A stretch of DNA of 64,000 bases from Candidatus Kapaibacterium sp. (GCA_963665665.1 OY762428.1:2528001-2592000); one strand, 5' to 3'; numbered from the stretch's first letter, positions 50,629 through 61,334 are shown. A program made the numbers and translations. Notes: generated by a model not told the origin, from the letters alone.

Positions 50629-52011
50629 ATGAAATTATATTATACAATTTTATTTTTAGTTATTATATTTTCAAATTCTCTTTTGCCGGGCGAATGGACA
50701 ACTGTAGATTATTATAAAGATTATTCTGACTATGGCGTTTCATATTCATGTATTGATTGTATAAATGAAGACACTTGTATTTCTTTCGGTCACGAAAGTT
50801 TTTTCAATATAAGAGAAAGGCATACATTTGACGGCGGAAAAACCTGGGTAACAGGTCTGGAAATTAATGGTTTCCATGATAGCAGCGGAAGATATCATAA
50901 TTCACCAAGAATGTGGGACGTTGTATTTTTAAATAATAATTTTTGCATTGCCATTGGTGATTCTGGCTGGACATACAGGTCAACTGACGGACTTAAAACA
51001 TGGGAAAAGGATAGTCTGCCGGAATTTGAACATGGCGCTTCGTTTATAAATATGCATGATGAAAATTTCGGCGTTACTGGAAGCAGAAATTTTTATATTA
51101 CGCTTGACGGAGCCAGAAACTGGCAAAGCTATGATTTTAACAAATGTATTGAATTGCCTGATTCGATGATTTTCTTTGGCACACAGGAAGCCTGTATATC
51201 GCAGGACGGAAAAGCAATAAAAGTTCTTGCTGTTGACAGCATTGGAGTGGATCAATGGCATGAATATATAATTTCTTCTTCCGATACCGGTAAAACATGG
51301 GAGGTGTATCCCCACACTCCTCAAAGACTCAGTTATCTGTATTTTTTTGACGAGCTTCACGGTTTCGGCTGCGGTGGAGACAAAACATCGCTTTATTCCA
51401 CAACTGCAAGGTCGTGTATATATTATACAAGTGACGGCGGGAAATCATGGGAAGCAAGGCTGGATACTTTATTTGTACCCAAATACAAACTTCAAAAATT
51501 AGATTTTGTAACAGAAGACACTGCTTATGCTTACGGTAGTAAAAACAATGTCTGGCTTTCGACCGATGCCGGCATGACATGGAATATGATGGACAGCCTG
51601 AAAAGTAAGGCCTGGGAGCATATTAACGACCACATTGATCGTTATTGTTTTTTAAAGAACGAAGTTATATATGGTTGTTACTGGATGTACGGAGCAATTG
51701 TTAAATGGGAAGGCAAACCCGTCGGAGTGGAAAGCGCCGCCCCGCCGGAACAGGAAGCCATACTTTACCCCAACCCTGTAAGCCGTGGAGGCAAACTGAA
51801 TATCCGTCTTCTTCACGACCGCTTTGCAAAAATCAGCATCAGCATCCTTTCAGCCGACGGACGTACCGTTGAAAAGCCATACACGGCGGAACTTCTCCCC
51901 GGTATGAATAAATTCGAATATAAAAACTGCAGCCTTACTCCCGGCGCGTATATTCTCCGTATATACAACCCCGGCAATTTTGTTATTCACGAAAAATTCA
52001 TTGTGGAATAG
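50629..52011 (+). CDS. BNR/Asp-box propeller protein with T9SS CTD, tandem copy 2
   Basis: Same architecture; patchwise divergent from copies 1 and 3. Confidence 0.88.
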   Translation: MKLYYTILFLVIIFSNSLLPGEWTTVDYYKDYSDYGVSYSCIDCINEDTCISFGHESFFNIRERHTFDGGKTWVTGLEINGFHDSSGRYHNSPRMWDVVFLNNNFCIAIGDSGWTYRSTDGLKTWEKDSLPEFEHGASFINMHDENFGVTGSRNFYITLDGARNWQSYDFNKCIELPDSMIFFGTQEACISQDGKAIKVLAVDSIGVDQWHEYIISSSDTGKTWEVYPHTPQRLSYLYFFDELHGFGCGGDKTSLYSTTARSCIYYTSDGGKSWEARLDTLFVPKYKLQKLDFVTEDTAYAYGSKNNVWLSTDAGMTWNMMDSLKSKAWEHINDHIDRYCFLKNEVIYGCYWMYGAIVKWEGKPVGVESAAPPEQEAILYPNPVSRGGKLNIRLLHDRFAKISISILSADGRTVEKPYTAELLPGMNKFEYKNCSLTPGAYILRIYNPGNFVIHEKFIVE

Positions 52012-52018
52012 GATTTTA

Positions 52019-52051
52019 AACCATCCGAAGGTTCGGAACCTTCGGATGGTT
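52019..52051. repeat. Perfect 33-bp palindrome, copy 2 of 3
   Basis: Identical to 50552-50584. Confidence 0.9.
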
Positions 52052-52094
52052 ATGAAAGCAATACTGTTTTTTTACAAACAAATGAGTATATCAA

Positions 52095-53474
52095 ATGAAA
52101 AATTATTTTACATTGATTTTAATTCTGTTTAATTATTTACCATTATATTCAGGCGAGTGGAAGACTGTAGATCATTATAAAGATTATTCCGAAACAGCAG
52201 TAAAATATTCATGTATTGATTGTATAAATGAAGACACATGTATTTCTTTTGGCCACGAAAGTTCTTTCAATATAAGAGAAAGGCATACATTTGAGGGTGG
52301 AAAAACCTGGGAAACAGGTCTGGAAATTAATGGTTTCCATGATAGCAGCGGAAGATATCATGATTCGCCAAGAATGTGGTACGTTGATTATCTTAATAAG
52401 GATTTTTGCATTGCCATTGGAGATTCAGGATGGATATACAGGTCAACCGACGGGCTGAAAACATGGGAAAAAGACAGCGTTCCTGAATATGAAAACAGTA
52501 TATCGTTTATTCACATGCATGATGAGAATTTCGGAGTAACAGGATGTATAAATTTTTACATTACTCTTGACGGAGGCAGGAACTGGAAAAGCTATGATTT
52601 TAACAAATGTATTGAATTGCCGGATTCAATGATTTTCTTTGGCACACAGGAAGCCTGTATATCGCAGGACGGAAAAGCAATTAAAGTTCTTGCTATTGAC
52701 AGCATTGGAGTGGATCAATGGCATGAATATATTATTTCTTCTTCCGATACGGGCAAAACATGGGAGGTCTATCCCCACACTCCTCAAAGATTAAGTTTTC
52801 TGTATTTTTTTGATAATCTTCACGGTTTCGGCTGCGGAGGAGACAAAACATCGATTTATTCTACTACACGTAAATCATGCATATATTATACAAGCGACGG
52901 CGGGAAATCATGGGAAACAAGATTGGATACATTTAATGTACCAAAAAGAGACTTGAGGGAAATGCAATTTACTACTGAAGATACTGTTTATGCAAATGGG
53001 ATAAGAAATAATGTGTGGCTTTCGACGGACGCCGGACTTACCTGGAATATGACGGACAGCCTGAATAGCAAGGCCTGGGAAAACATAAACCATTATATAT
53101 TTAAATACTGTTTCCTCGAAAATGAAGTTATATACGGCAGTTACTGGATGTACGGGGCAATTGTTAAATGGGAAGGCAAGCCCGTCGGTGTGGAAAGCGC
53201 CGCCCCGCCGGAACAGGAAGCCATACTTTACCCCAACCCTGTAAGCCGTGGAGGCAAACTGAATATCCGTCTTCTTCACGACCGCTTTGCAAAAATCAGC
53301 ATCAGCATCCTTTCAGCCGACGGACGTACCGTTGAAAAGCCATACACGGCGGAACTTCTCCCCGGTATGAATAAATTCGAATATAAAAACTGCGGCCTTA
53401 CTCCCGGCGCGTATATTCTCCGTATATACAACCCCGGCAATTTTGTTATTCACGAAAAATTCATTGTGGAATAG
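52095..53474 (+). CDS. BNR/Asp-box propeller protein with T9SS CTD, tandem copy 3
   Basis: Nearly identical to copy 1 except the signal peptide and one short patch. Confidence 0.88.
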   Translation: MKNYFTLILILFNYLPLYSGEWKTVDHYKDYSETAVKYSCIDCINEDTCISFGHESSFNIRERHTFEGGKTWETGLEINGFHDSSGRYHDSPRMWYVDYLNKDFCIAIGDSGWIYRSTDGLKTWEKDSVPEYENSISFIHMHDENFGVTGCINFYITLDGGRNWKSYDFNKCIELPDSMIFFGTQEACISQDGKAIKVLAIDSIGVDQWHEYIISSSDTGKTWEVYPHTPQRLSFLYFFDNLHGFGCGGDKTSIYSTTRKSCIYYTSDGGKSWETRLDTFNVPKRDLREMQFTTEDTVYANGIRNNVWLSTDAGLTWNMTDSLNSKAWENINHYIFKYCFLENEVIYGSYWMYGAIVKWEGKPVGVESAAPPEQEAILYPNPVSRGGKLNIRLLHDRFAKISISILSADGRTVEKPYTAELLPGMNKFEYKNCGLTPGAYILRIYNPGNFVIHEKFIVE

Positions 53475-53481
53475 GATTTTA

Positions 53482-53514
53482 AACCATCCGAAGGTTCGGA
53501 ACCTTCGGATGGTT
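53482..53514. repeat. Perfect 33-bp palindrome, copy 3 of 3
   Basis: Identical to 50552-50584; tandem-unit identity ends 2 bp after it. Confidence 0.9.
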
Positions 53515-53520
53515 ATATAG

Positions 53521-55086
53521 CTATAACGGTATGTTTCCGTGTTTTTTCTTTGGATTAGTATCCACTTTGTTTTCGAGTAGCTCGAAAGCGTCAATTAATC
53601 TTTCGCGTGTAAATTTCGGCTCAATTACATCATCTATATATCCATAGGATGCAGCTATATAAGGATTGGCAAACTTGTCATTGAATTCGTCAATCAGTTC
53701 CTGGTTGCGTTTTTCCTTATCTTCAGCTTTTTCAATTTCTCTCTTGAATATAATTTCCACAGCGCCCTTGGCGCCCATAACTGCAAGCTCGGCAGTAGGC
53801 CAGGCAAAATTGAAATCGCCGCGTATGTGCTTACTGTTCATCACATCGTAAGCGCCGCCATAGGCCTTGCGTGTAATAACGGTAATCTTCGGCACTGTGG
53901 CTTCTGCATAGGCATATAGAAGTTTGGCGCCATTTGTAATTATACCGCCCCATTCCTGGTTAGCGCCGGGCATAAATCCGGGAACATCCTCGAATGTAAG
54001 CAGCGGAATATTAAATGCATCACAGAACCTTACGAATCGCCCGGCCTTGCGGGAGGAATCAATATCCAGAACGCCAGCCATTACCGCCGGCTGATTGGCT
54101 ATCACGCCAATGGAACGTCCGCCAAGACGTATAAAACCAACAATGATATTCTGCGCCCAGTCCTTATGAACTTCCAGGAATTCACCCATATCAGCAACCC
54201 GTGTAATAACCTCTCTCATATCGTAGGGCTGATTGGGGTTTTCCGGAACAATATAATTCAGGGACTCGTCCCTTCTTTCTCTCGGGTCGCTGTTCTCTAT
54301 TATCGGCGGGTCCTCGGCATTGTTCGATGGCAGGTAGCCCAGCAGTTTTGTTACAAGCTGAGCGGCTTCCAGGTCATTTTCCGCTGTGAAGTGTGCCACA
54401 CCACTTTTCGATGCATGTACATCTGCGCCGCCAAGATCTTCCGATGTATAATCCTCGTGGGTAACAGTTTTTACAACTTTCGGTCCGGTAACGAACATAT
54501 AGGATGTTTTACGCACCATGATAGTAAAATCAGTAATAGCAGGCGAGTAAACAGCCCCACCCGCACAGGGACCCATTATTATCGAAATCTGCGGTACAAC
54601 ACCCGATGCAAGTGTATTTCTCAGGAAAATATCTGCATATGCGCCAAGCGATATAACGCCTTCCTGCACTCGTGCGCCGCCGGAATCATTAAGCCCGACA
54701 ACGGGGCATCCGGTTTTAACGGCCATATCCATTATTTTACAGATCTTTCTGCCATGCTCAGCAGCAAGAGAGCCTCCAAGAACCGTGAAATCCTGTGAAA
54801 ACAAAAATACACGCCGCCCGTTTACCTGCCCGTACCCTGTAACAACGCCATCGCCAAGAGGTACGTTCTTGTCCAGGCCGAAATCACTTGAGTGGTGATG
54901 AGCCAGGGCATCCATTTCCCTGAATGTGGATTTGTCGGCAAGTATATTAATTCTTTCCCGGGCGGTAAGCTTGCCCTTGGCATGCTGGGCTTCAATTCTT
55001 TTCTGTCCGCCGCCCAGTTCCGCTTCTTCTTTCATTTCATACATTTTCCGGATCTTCTTATCCCGGATATCAATTTTATTTTCCAT
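53521..55086 (-). CDS. pccB: Acyl-CoA (propionyl-CoA-type) carboxylase, carboxyltransferase beta subunit
   Basis: [67 protein letters not shown]; likely start MENK at 55086. Confidence 0.93.
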   Translation of the reverse strand: MENKIDIRDKKIRKMYEMKEEAELGGGQKRIEAQHAKGKLTARERINILADKSTFREMDALAHHHSSDFGLDKNVPLGDGVVTGYGQVNGRRVFLFSQDFTVLGGSLAAEHGRKICKIMDMAVKTGCPVVGLNDSGGARVQEGVISLGAYADIFLRNTLASGVVPQISIIMGPCAGGAVYSPAITDFTIMVRKTSYMFVTGPKVVKTVTHEDYTSEDLGGADVHASKSGVAHFTAENDLEAAQLVTKLLGYLPSNNAEDPPIIENSDPRERRDESLNYIVPENPNQPYDMREVITRVADMGEFLEVHKDWAQNIIVGFIRLGGRSIGVIANQPAVMAGVLDIDSSRKAGRFVRFCDAFNIPLLTFEDVPGFMPGANQEWGGIITNGAKLLYAYAEATVPKITVITRKAYGGAYDVMNSKHIRGDFNFAWPTAELAVMGAKGAVEIIFKREIEKAEDKEKRNQELIDEFNDKFANPYIAASYGYIDDVIEPKFTRERLIDAFELLENKVDTNPKKKHGNIPL

Positions 55087-55230
55087 AATAGACTGTTGAT
55101 TTATTTCTAATTCTGTTTTTAATTTTTCTAATGCTCGTGTCGGTATCTCCGGGTCCCGACGCATTTAGGGAGTTGATTTCTCATCATTTCTCTGAGGGAT
55201 AAGATATCCGAAAGAGTTTGTTCAAAGAAA

Positions 55231-55318
55231 GTCATTCTGATGGAGCGAAGCGACTGAAGAATCCATTTCTTTTAAACTTTAGATAGAAGAATGGATTCTT
55301 CACTGCGTTCAGAATGAC
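55231..55318. repeat. REP/MITE-like inverted-repeat element (GTCATTCTGA...TCAGAATGAC)
   Basis: gtcattctga..gcgaagcgactgaagaatccat...atggattcttcactgcgttcagaatgac. Confidence 0.8.
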
Positions 55319-55356
55319 ACATTTTCTGATCTTTGAGGTGCTCTTATTTCAAAATA

Positions 55357-55878
55357 TCATAAAGCTTCAAATTCCACCAGAACGGCATCCTTTTCAACAG
55401 GCTGGCCGGGTTCCACCAGAATTTTCTTTACCCTTCCCGCTTCGTTGGCTTTCAGGGCATTTTCCATTTTCATAGCCTCGATTATTATCACGGGATCGCC
55501 CTTTTTAACTTCATCTCCTACTTCAGCAATGTGCTTTACCACAAGTCCGGGCATGGGAGCTTTCAGTTTCATGCTGTTTCCGTTTGTACTGCCGCGAGCA
55601 GCCTGTATAAACTTTTTCAGCAGCTTTCTTGTTTCGTCGGTAACTTTTACGTCGAAATTAAACCCGTCGATATATATTGTGCTGGTTCCGTCCCAGTCCA
55701 GGTCGAATTCTATCTGGCACACCCTGTTATTTACCGAGAAAGCATGAATATTTTCATCTATCTCTTTCAGGTGTTCAATATAGAAATCCTTTCCGTTTAT
55801 TGTGATATTTGACGGCTCATTTTTAATATAGGATACGTCAAATTCCTTGTCATCAACCTGAATTATCAAATCCGGCAT
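55357..55878 (-). CDS. Biotin carboxyl carrier protein
   Basis: APMPGLV, EAMKMEN biotinylation motif. Confidence 0.93.
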   Translation of the reverse strand: MPDLIIQVDDKEFDVSYIKNEPSNITINGKDFYIEHLKEIDENIHAFSVNNRVCQIEFDLDWDGTSTIYIDGFNFDVKVTDETRKLLKKFIQAARGSTNGNSMKLKAPMPGLVVKHIAEVGDEVKKGDPVIIIEAMKMENALKANEAGRVKKILVEPGQPVEKDAVLVEFEAL

Positions 55879-55896
55879 TTCATTTCCCCGGTAATA

Positions 55897-57393
55897 TTAT
55901 ACAAGTTTTCGCGCCCTGCCGACAGTTTTCCATATCAGGCTGTCTTTTTGTGATTCAGGGGCTTTGCTTTTTATTTTTAATTTCTGGAAACCGAATGCTG
56001 CAAGAGCGGCAACTGTTTCCTCGTATTCAGCTTTCATTTCTTCCAATACATTCATATCGAAATGCTTTTCAATAAATGAAGTATCAAAATAACCCTCGCG
56101 GAAAATACTATTCCTCATAACAGCAATTTCAAATGGTATTGTTGTTTTTACACCTTTAATAACATAATTTTTCAGTGCTCTTTCCATTCTTTCAATTGCT
56201 TTTTCGCGATTCTTACCCCAGACTATCAGCTTTGCAAGCATAGGATCGAAGTGTACGCTGACTTCCGAGCCGCTTTCCACGCCGCTGTCCACCCTTACAC
56301 TGAAGCCTCCGGGCTCGCGCAGGTATTTTATTTTTCCGGTGGCAGGCATGAAATTATCAAATGAATCTTCGGCGTTTATCCTGCATTCAATTGAATGGCC
56401 TGTCCATTTTATATCTTCCTGGGTGAATGTAAGCCTCTCGCCGGCGGCAACCCTTATCTGTTCCTTGGCAAGGTTTATCCTTGTTACCATTTCCGTAACG
56501 GGATGCTCCACCTGCAGGCGGGTATTCATTTCAAGGAAATAGAACTCGCGGTTTTTATCGAACAGGAATTCCACTGTTCCGGCATTAAAGTAGTTAACAG
56601 CCCTGGCGGCCTGAATGGCAACTTCGCCCATCTGGCTTCTTAAATCATCATCCAGAACTGTTGAGGGGCATTCTTCTATCAGTTTCTGGTGGCGGCGCTG
56701 TATAGAGCAATCCCTTTCGCCGAGGTGTACGTAATTGCCGTGCTGGTCGGCAATAAGCTGTATCTCAATATGCTTGGGGTTTTCGATATATTTTTCCATG
56801 TAGATTACGTCGTCGCCAAAGGCATTTATTGCTTCGCGCTGCGCTGCCTGGAAACCTTCCTCAAGGTCTTCCTCACGGTCTATTCTTCTCATGCCCTTGC
56901 CTCCTCCGCCTGCTGCGGCTTTAAGCAGCACCGGGTAGCGAAGCAGTTCGGCAATTTCTCTAGCCTTATCCATATCAGTTATCTGCTCTTTTGTTCCGGG
57001 AACTATTGGTACCCCGGCATCAGACATTATCTGACGGGCGCGGGTTTTATTTCCCATATCAACAATAGCATCCGGCGGCGGACCAATAAATTTTATTCCC
57101 GCGTCGCCGCAAGCCCTGGCAAATTCGGCATTTTCTGATAAGAAACCGTAGCCGGGATGTATGGCTTCCGAACCGCTTTTTTGTGCAACTTCAATTATCT
57201 GCTCAATATCAAGATAAGCATTCTTCGGGGTGGCGGCCTCCAGCTTGTAGGCGCAGTCCGCGTAGTGTACGAAAGGCTGGGCAATATCCACTTCGTGGTA
57301 CACCGCCACAGTTTCGATACCCATTTCACGGGCGGCCCTCATCACCCTGACAGCTATTTCACCCCTGTTAGCAATTAAGATTTTTTTGAACAT
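55897..57393 (-). CDS. accC: Biotin carboxylase subunit
   Basis: LIANRGEIA, HPGYGFLSEN, GGGGKGMR, RDCSIQRRHQK, EMNTRLQVEH. Confidence 0.95.
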   Translation of the reverse strand: MFKKILIANRGEIAVRVMRAAREMGIETVAVYHEVDIAQPFVHYADCAYKLEAATPKNAYLDIEQIIEVAQKSGSEAIHPGYGFLSENAEFARACGDAGIKFIGPPPDAIVDMGNKTRARQIMSDAGVPIVPGTKEQITDMDKAREIAELLRYPVLLKAAAGGGGKGMRRIDREEDLEEGFQAAQREAINAFGDDVIYMEKYIENPKHIEIQLIADQHGNYVHLGERDCSIQRRHQKLIEECPSTVLDDDLRSQMGEVAIQAARAVNYFNAGTVEFLFDKNREFYFLEMNTRLQVEHPVTEMVTRINLAKEQIRVAAGERLTFTQEDIKWTGHSIECRINAEDSFDNFMPATGKIKYLREPGGFSVRVDSGVESGSEVSVHFDPMLAKLIVWGKNREKAIERMERALKNYVIKGVKTTIPFEIAVMRNSIFREGYFDTSFIEKHFDMNVLEEMKAEYEETVAALAAFGFQKLKIKSKAPESQKDSLIWKTVGRARKLV

Positions 57394-57623
57394 CAGGTTT
57401 CCCCGTTAATTCATAAATAAATTATCAGTTTGGTAATTGATTATTTTCCGAGTTCCTGATTTCGGGAATGCCTGTTATTAAGTGCCGAGCTTGTGTTCTT
57501 TGTGACTAATCAACGATCATATCAATAGAATAAAATTACGCTTAAATATACAAATTATTATTGAATTTTGTGCATGGAATGTTTTTGCTGTTTGGGATAA
57601 TTGGATTAGAAAAAAACTATACG

Positions 57624-57670
57624 CCTCCGGCCACGATTTATCGGGACAAGCTGGGACAGGCAGGGGGTGG
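57624..57670. repeat. CCxGATTTATCGGG element with gggacaggcagggggtgg tail
   Basis: Tail identical to that at 28267-28285. Confidence 0.6.
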
Positions 57671-57674
57671 ATTA

Positions 57675-57736
57675 TTCCCTCATTACGAAGTTATACTTCG
57701 TAATTTAGTTTTCAAATGAAGCTGAGCTTCTAAATT
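57675..57736 (+). repeat. Four-hairpin REPIN-like repeat, left half only, overlapping the protease stop codon
   Basis: ttccctcattacgaagttatacttcgtaat...gaagctgagcttctaaatt. Confidence 0.85.
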
Positions 57737-60236
57737 GCATTAATTTCAATAGGTACTTCAATTATATTTCGAACGGTTGTGTAAAGTTCTACATCTTGTG
57801 CTGGTGTTTCAAGTGAAATAATCAATGAATAACGGGTTTGATTTTCTACTTTCCCTAAATGCTTTCGTTCACGCCACCATCCAATGACTGGATAAACTGC
57901 AATGTGATTGCAATCAGAAAGTTCTGCTGCTGTCATTTCCATATAATCTGAATGTATTGAACCGTTACTACGATTATCTTTTCCGACTTGCCACCGTTCA
58001 GCACCCGAATTTGCTTGGAAATCTTCAGCTTCCTCTCTTGCTGCGATATTCATTCGTTTTCTGAAAACATCTTCACTTTCATCTACGTTATTGACATCAA
58101 AACGCAACCCATGCGACTGATAGCGGTATTTATTTTTCCAACCGATTTCACCTGCTCCAGGTTCAATGAAATAGGATAGTGTGATTTTTAGTTTTACCGG
58201 CGTTTCGCCCATTTGCAGCAACAAATCGCTTGCCCATGGAAGATTGAAAAAATGAATTTCGTTTGTTTCAGGGGTACTGCTTCCTTGTTTGAAATTAAAC
58301 GGTTGAATGATTTCCTGCGCAATATATGTCAATGCACTTTCCTGACTATACAATGCACGGTCTAAATCGGGAACGCCAAAACCAAAGGTTCTCAACAAAT
58401 TCCGAAAACTCGCTCGGTTACCTTGTTGAACCTGAGATTGAGCCAGCATAGCATCATTCCAATTAGCCGAGTGTACAACCAAACCTCTTATGGTTTCAGC
58501 CCAAACATTTGGATACTCATACGCGATTTTCGCAGCAAACCATGCTGCTTGTGCCGCCGCCGCACTTGTAGCATTTAAAGTATCAAATGGTTTTAAATTA
58601 AACGACTTTGATGTAGACAGCAATTCCAAATCTTCGTGGGCAGTAACACTGTCATCAGGTGCTTTTAGAAGATTTCCGCCTTCAAAAACTACATCAGGTT
58701 TTATTGGCCACTTTCTTTCCCATGTGAGTGAGGTAGAACTGTAGGGTGAAAGCTCGCCTTCATTAGCAACTGGAGTGTAATCCCGGAAATTATCACTGTT
58801 TACTTGAATTTTATTGGTGTATGCTCCAGCAACTAATGCGTTCCAAGCTTGGGCAGGATTTTGAACAGGTGATTTTCGTTTGAATGCGGATAATTACGCC
58901 ACATTTTCTCTTCATGAATATTTCCAGCAGAAACAATTATCAATCGTTGATTTTCACCTTTTCCATATGTTAGGTTATCAATCTCACCTGACCAAGACGA
59001 AGGTCTACCCATATTAACATCTTCTGTTGATGTAACGGACATGCAATAAACCAACACCATATTTGTGTTTTGAATTTCTGCCCTTGCAATGCCCTGTGCG
59101 GTAATATCGCCCCACAATTCGTTTGGTGTTTGTGGTTGATTGGAACGTGGTAGAATTTTTACGGAGCAAAGTTTATGTGTAAGCGGTACTGCATTTGTGG
59201 AAACAAGCACTTGTTCCATTTGTCCGTAACCTGCAATGCCTGCCATTAGCGTTCCATGCCCAGCTCGTGGTTCGTGGTCATCTGTTCCCCAAGCATTATC
59301 AACTGTCAATGTATTTGTATCGTCAATAATAGGTTGCAAGAGTTGGTGTCCATTGTTTACACCCGAATCTAACAAACATACTTTTATGTTGCTTTCTACA
59401 ATGTGTATTCTTTGCAATAGATTATCAACCCACGCTTGTTGCTCAATACTACTTTGGTTAACCCAAAATCCTGCAGGTTCTTGTCCTTCTCTGAACTCTG
59501 CAAGGAGATCGCTTTGTAACATCAGCTCAACCAACTGTTCACGGTTGGCATTTATCAACAAAACGGCTCTTTCGGGAAAGTAGATCCTGTTATGTTTATA
59601 GGTTATTCCAATGTGGTCAAGTGTTGCCTGAAACTGTGTAATTTGTTCCAGTTCCTTATTTTCTTTAGTATTTACGTTTAGCCACGCTTCGCACCATTTT
59701 GTATTTTCATTCGGAATATGTTCTGGATCGTCTGTCCACAAACCCTCCAACAAAGCTATGCTTACGTCCTCAATACTATTGACTAATGGAGCATTTTTAG
59801 GTTGTCCCTTTGCTGTTTCTTCCTGTTGGTATTTTTGAATTTTAGCTATAAAATGTCCTTCCTTACCTTTTGGTACATAGACAGTTGCTCTTATTTGAAT
59901 TTGATTCTCGTCTGCTGGAATTTCTTTGATGTTCAGCAAACGAATACCTTTTCTAAGGTCTTCCAAACTTTTGGTAATCAAATCATGATCTGCGCCACTG
60001 GTAAATTGAATATATGTACCTTCTCTAGTGGTAATTTGATGAGCACTACGTTGTTGTAGCAGTAGCTCTTTTTGTTTCCAAATTTCATTAAACTGATTTA
60101 GAAGTTTTTGACTGTGGGTTACCCTGTTACGAACAGGTATGTGTTGTTTACCTCCCCTGGCCGAAGGTACTTTATATTTTTCGCTGTTTACATTACCTGT
60201 TATAAAGATGTGTTTATATGATGTCATTTTTAACAT
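57730..60236 (-). pseudogene. Y4bN/IetS-like S8 serine protease split by a 1-nt frameshift near 58873-58876
   Basis: N-part has VCLLDSG (Asp), GHGTLMAG (His), VSAGN. The shifted frame continues SPVQNPAQAWNALVAGAYT...SPYSSTS...WPIKPDVVFEGGN...ATSAAA (Ser) into the 57730-58629 ORF. Confidence 0.88.
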
Positions 60237-61190
60237 TTATTTGTGATACGCTGCATTACGGTCTTTGATTGCTTTTAAAATTAAATCATTATTCATCTGT
60301 TGCTTTTCATTCAAGATTATTTCTTTGATAGCATCAATGCAGGCAAGTGATATCTCAGCATGACTAAGTCCGTTAATGTTTGGTAATAAATCATCGAATT
60401 CAATTTTTTTACTGAATTTTGCAAGCCTGTTTTTTAGCAAATCACGTTTCTCGTCAATACTTGGCAAGTGGTATAAAATCACATCGTCAAACCTGCGGAA
60501 AAGGGCTTGATCTAAAAGTTGTTTATTGTTAGTAATGGCAATAACAAGACTGTAGGAATTGTCCCGTTCAATAAATTGAAGAAAAGAGTTCAGCACCCTT
60601 CTCATTTCGCCCACATCGTTATCACGGCTACGTTCTCCACCAATGGCATCAAATTCATCAAACAAATAAACGCCCTGTTTTTGCTCAATCAAATCAAACA
60701 CCTGTCGCAGTTTGGAGCTGGTTTCACCCATATATTTAGTTACCATCTTATCCATCAGAATAGTGTATAGCGGTAAGTTCAGTTCGTTTGCAATGATTGA
60801 TGCTGTCAATGTTTTTCCAGTTCCCGGAGGCCCCGAAAGCAAAATTTTCCTACGGTTTTCCAAATCGTGCTTTCGAAGTTTATCCCGTTGCACAAACTCT
60901 GAAATAATACGGTTTATTTTGTTCTTAATGTCTTCCGAAGCAATTATATCTGCAAGACTGACAGCAGGCACATTTTCCAATATCAATCCCTGCAAATCGG
61001 GGGCAAAAGCTTTGGTTTTATGCTTAACATCCTTTGCCTTGTCAATAATGGTTTTGATGTTGTTAGCAACAATTGTATGTCCCAACTTGGCTTCGTGGGC
61101 AGCTATCTGCAATGCTACAGTGGTAAACCTTTCGGGTTCGTTGTTGTAGTGTGCTTTTATTAATGATATTATGTAATCTGATTTTGCCAT
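60237..61190 (-). CDS. IetA-like AAA+ ATPase
   Basis: ALQIAAHEAK.GH N-terminus, GPPGTGKT, FDEFDA, DVGEMRRVLNSFLQ, LD.ALFRRFDD; abuts the S8 gene. Confidence 0.92.
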   Translation of the reverse strand: MAKSDYIISLIKAHYNNEPERFTTVALQIAAHEAKLGHTIVANNIKTIIDKAKDVKHKTKAFAPDLQGLILENVPAVSLADIIASEDIKNKINRIISEFVQRDKLRKHDLENRRKILLSGPPGTGKTLTASIIANELNLPLYTILMDKMVTKYMGETSSKLRQVFDLIEQKQGVYLFDEFDAIGGERSRDNDVGEMRRVLNSFLQFIERDNSYSLVIAITNNKQLLDQALFRRFDDVILYHLPSIDEKRDLLKNRLAKFSKKIEFDDLLPNINGLSHAEISLACIDAIKEIILNEKQQMNNDLILKAIKDRNAAYHK

Positions 61191-61301
61191 TTTTTCTCTT
61201 TCATAAAGGTACTAATATTTATTGTATCTTTCTTCTTGTAGGGATATTTTTTCTCGCAAGGTCAGATGTGAGTTCGGATGTAATATAGCACTACTCATCT
61301 T

Positions 61302-61334
61302 TTCGACAAGATGAGCAGAGCGAATCTTGTCGAA
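61302..61334. repeat. Hairpin at the cassette junction
   Basis: ttcgacaagat-gagcagagcga-atcttgtcgaa. Confidence 0.75.

Noticed and set aside
49162-53474. Diversity-generating retroelement explaining the variable patch
   Set aside because: Differences include synonymous and non-adenine changes, and there is no reverse transcriptase or template repeat in the window.
55087-55164. N-terminal extension of pccB (similar extensions in ORFs at 31838, 28466, 41524, 61633, 3957)
   Set aside because: Longest-ORF artefacts; downstream ATGs fit RBS position, paralog alignment or family N-termini better.
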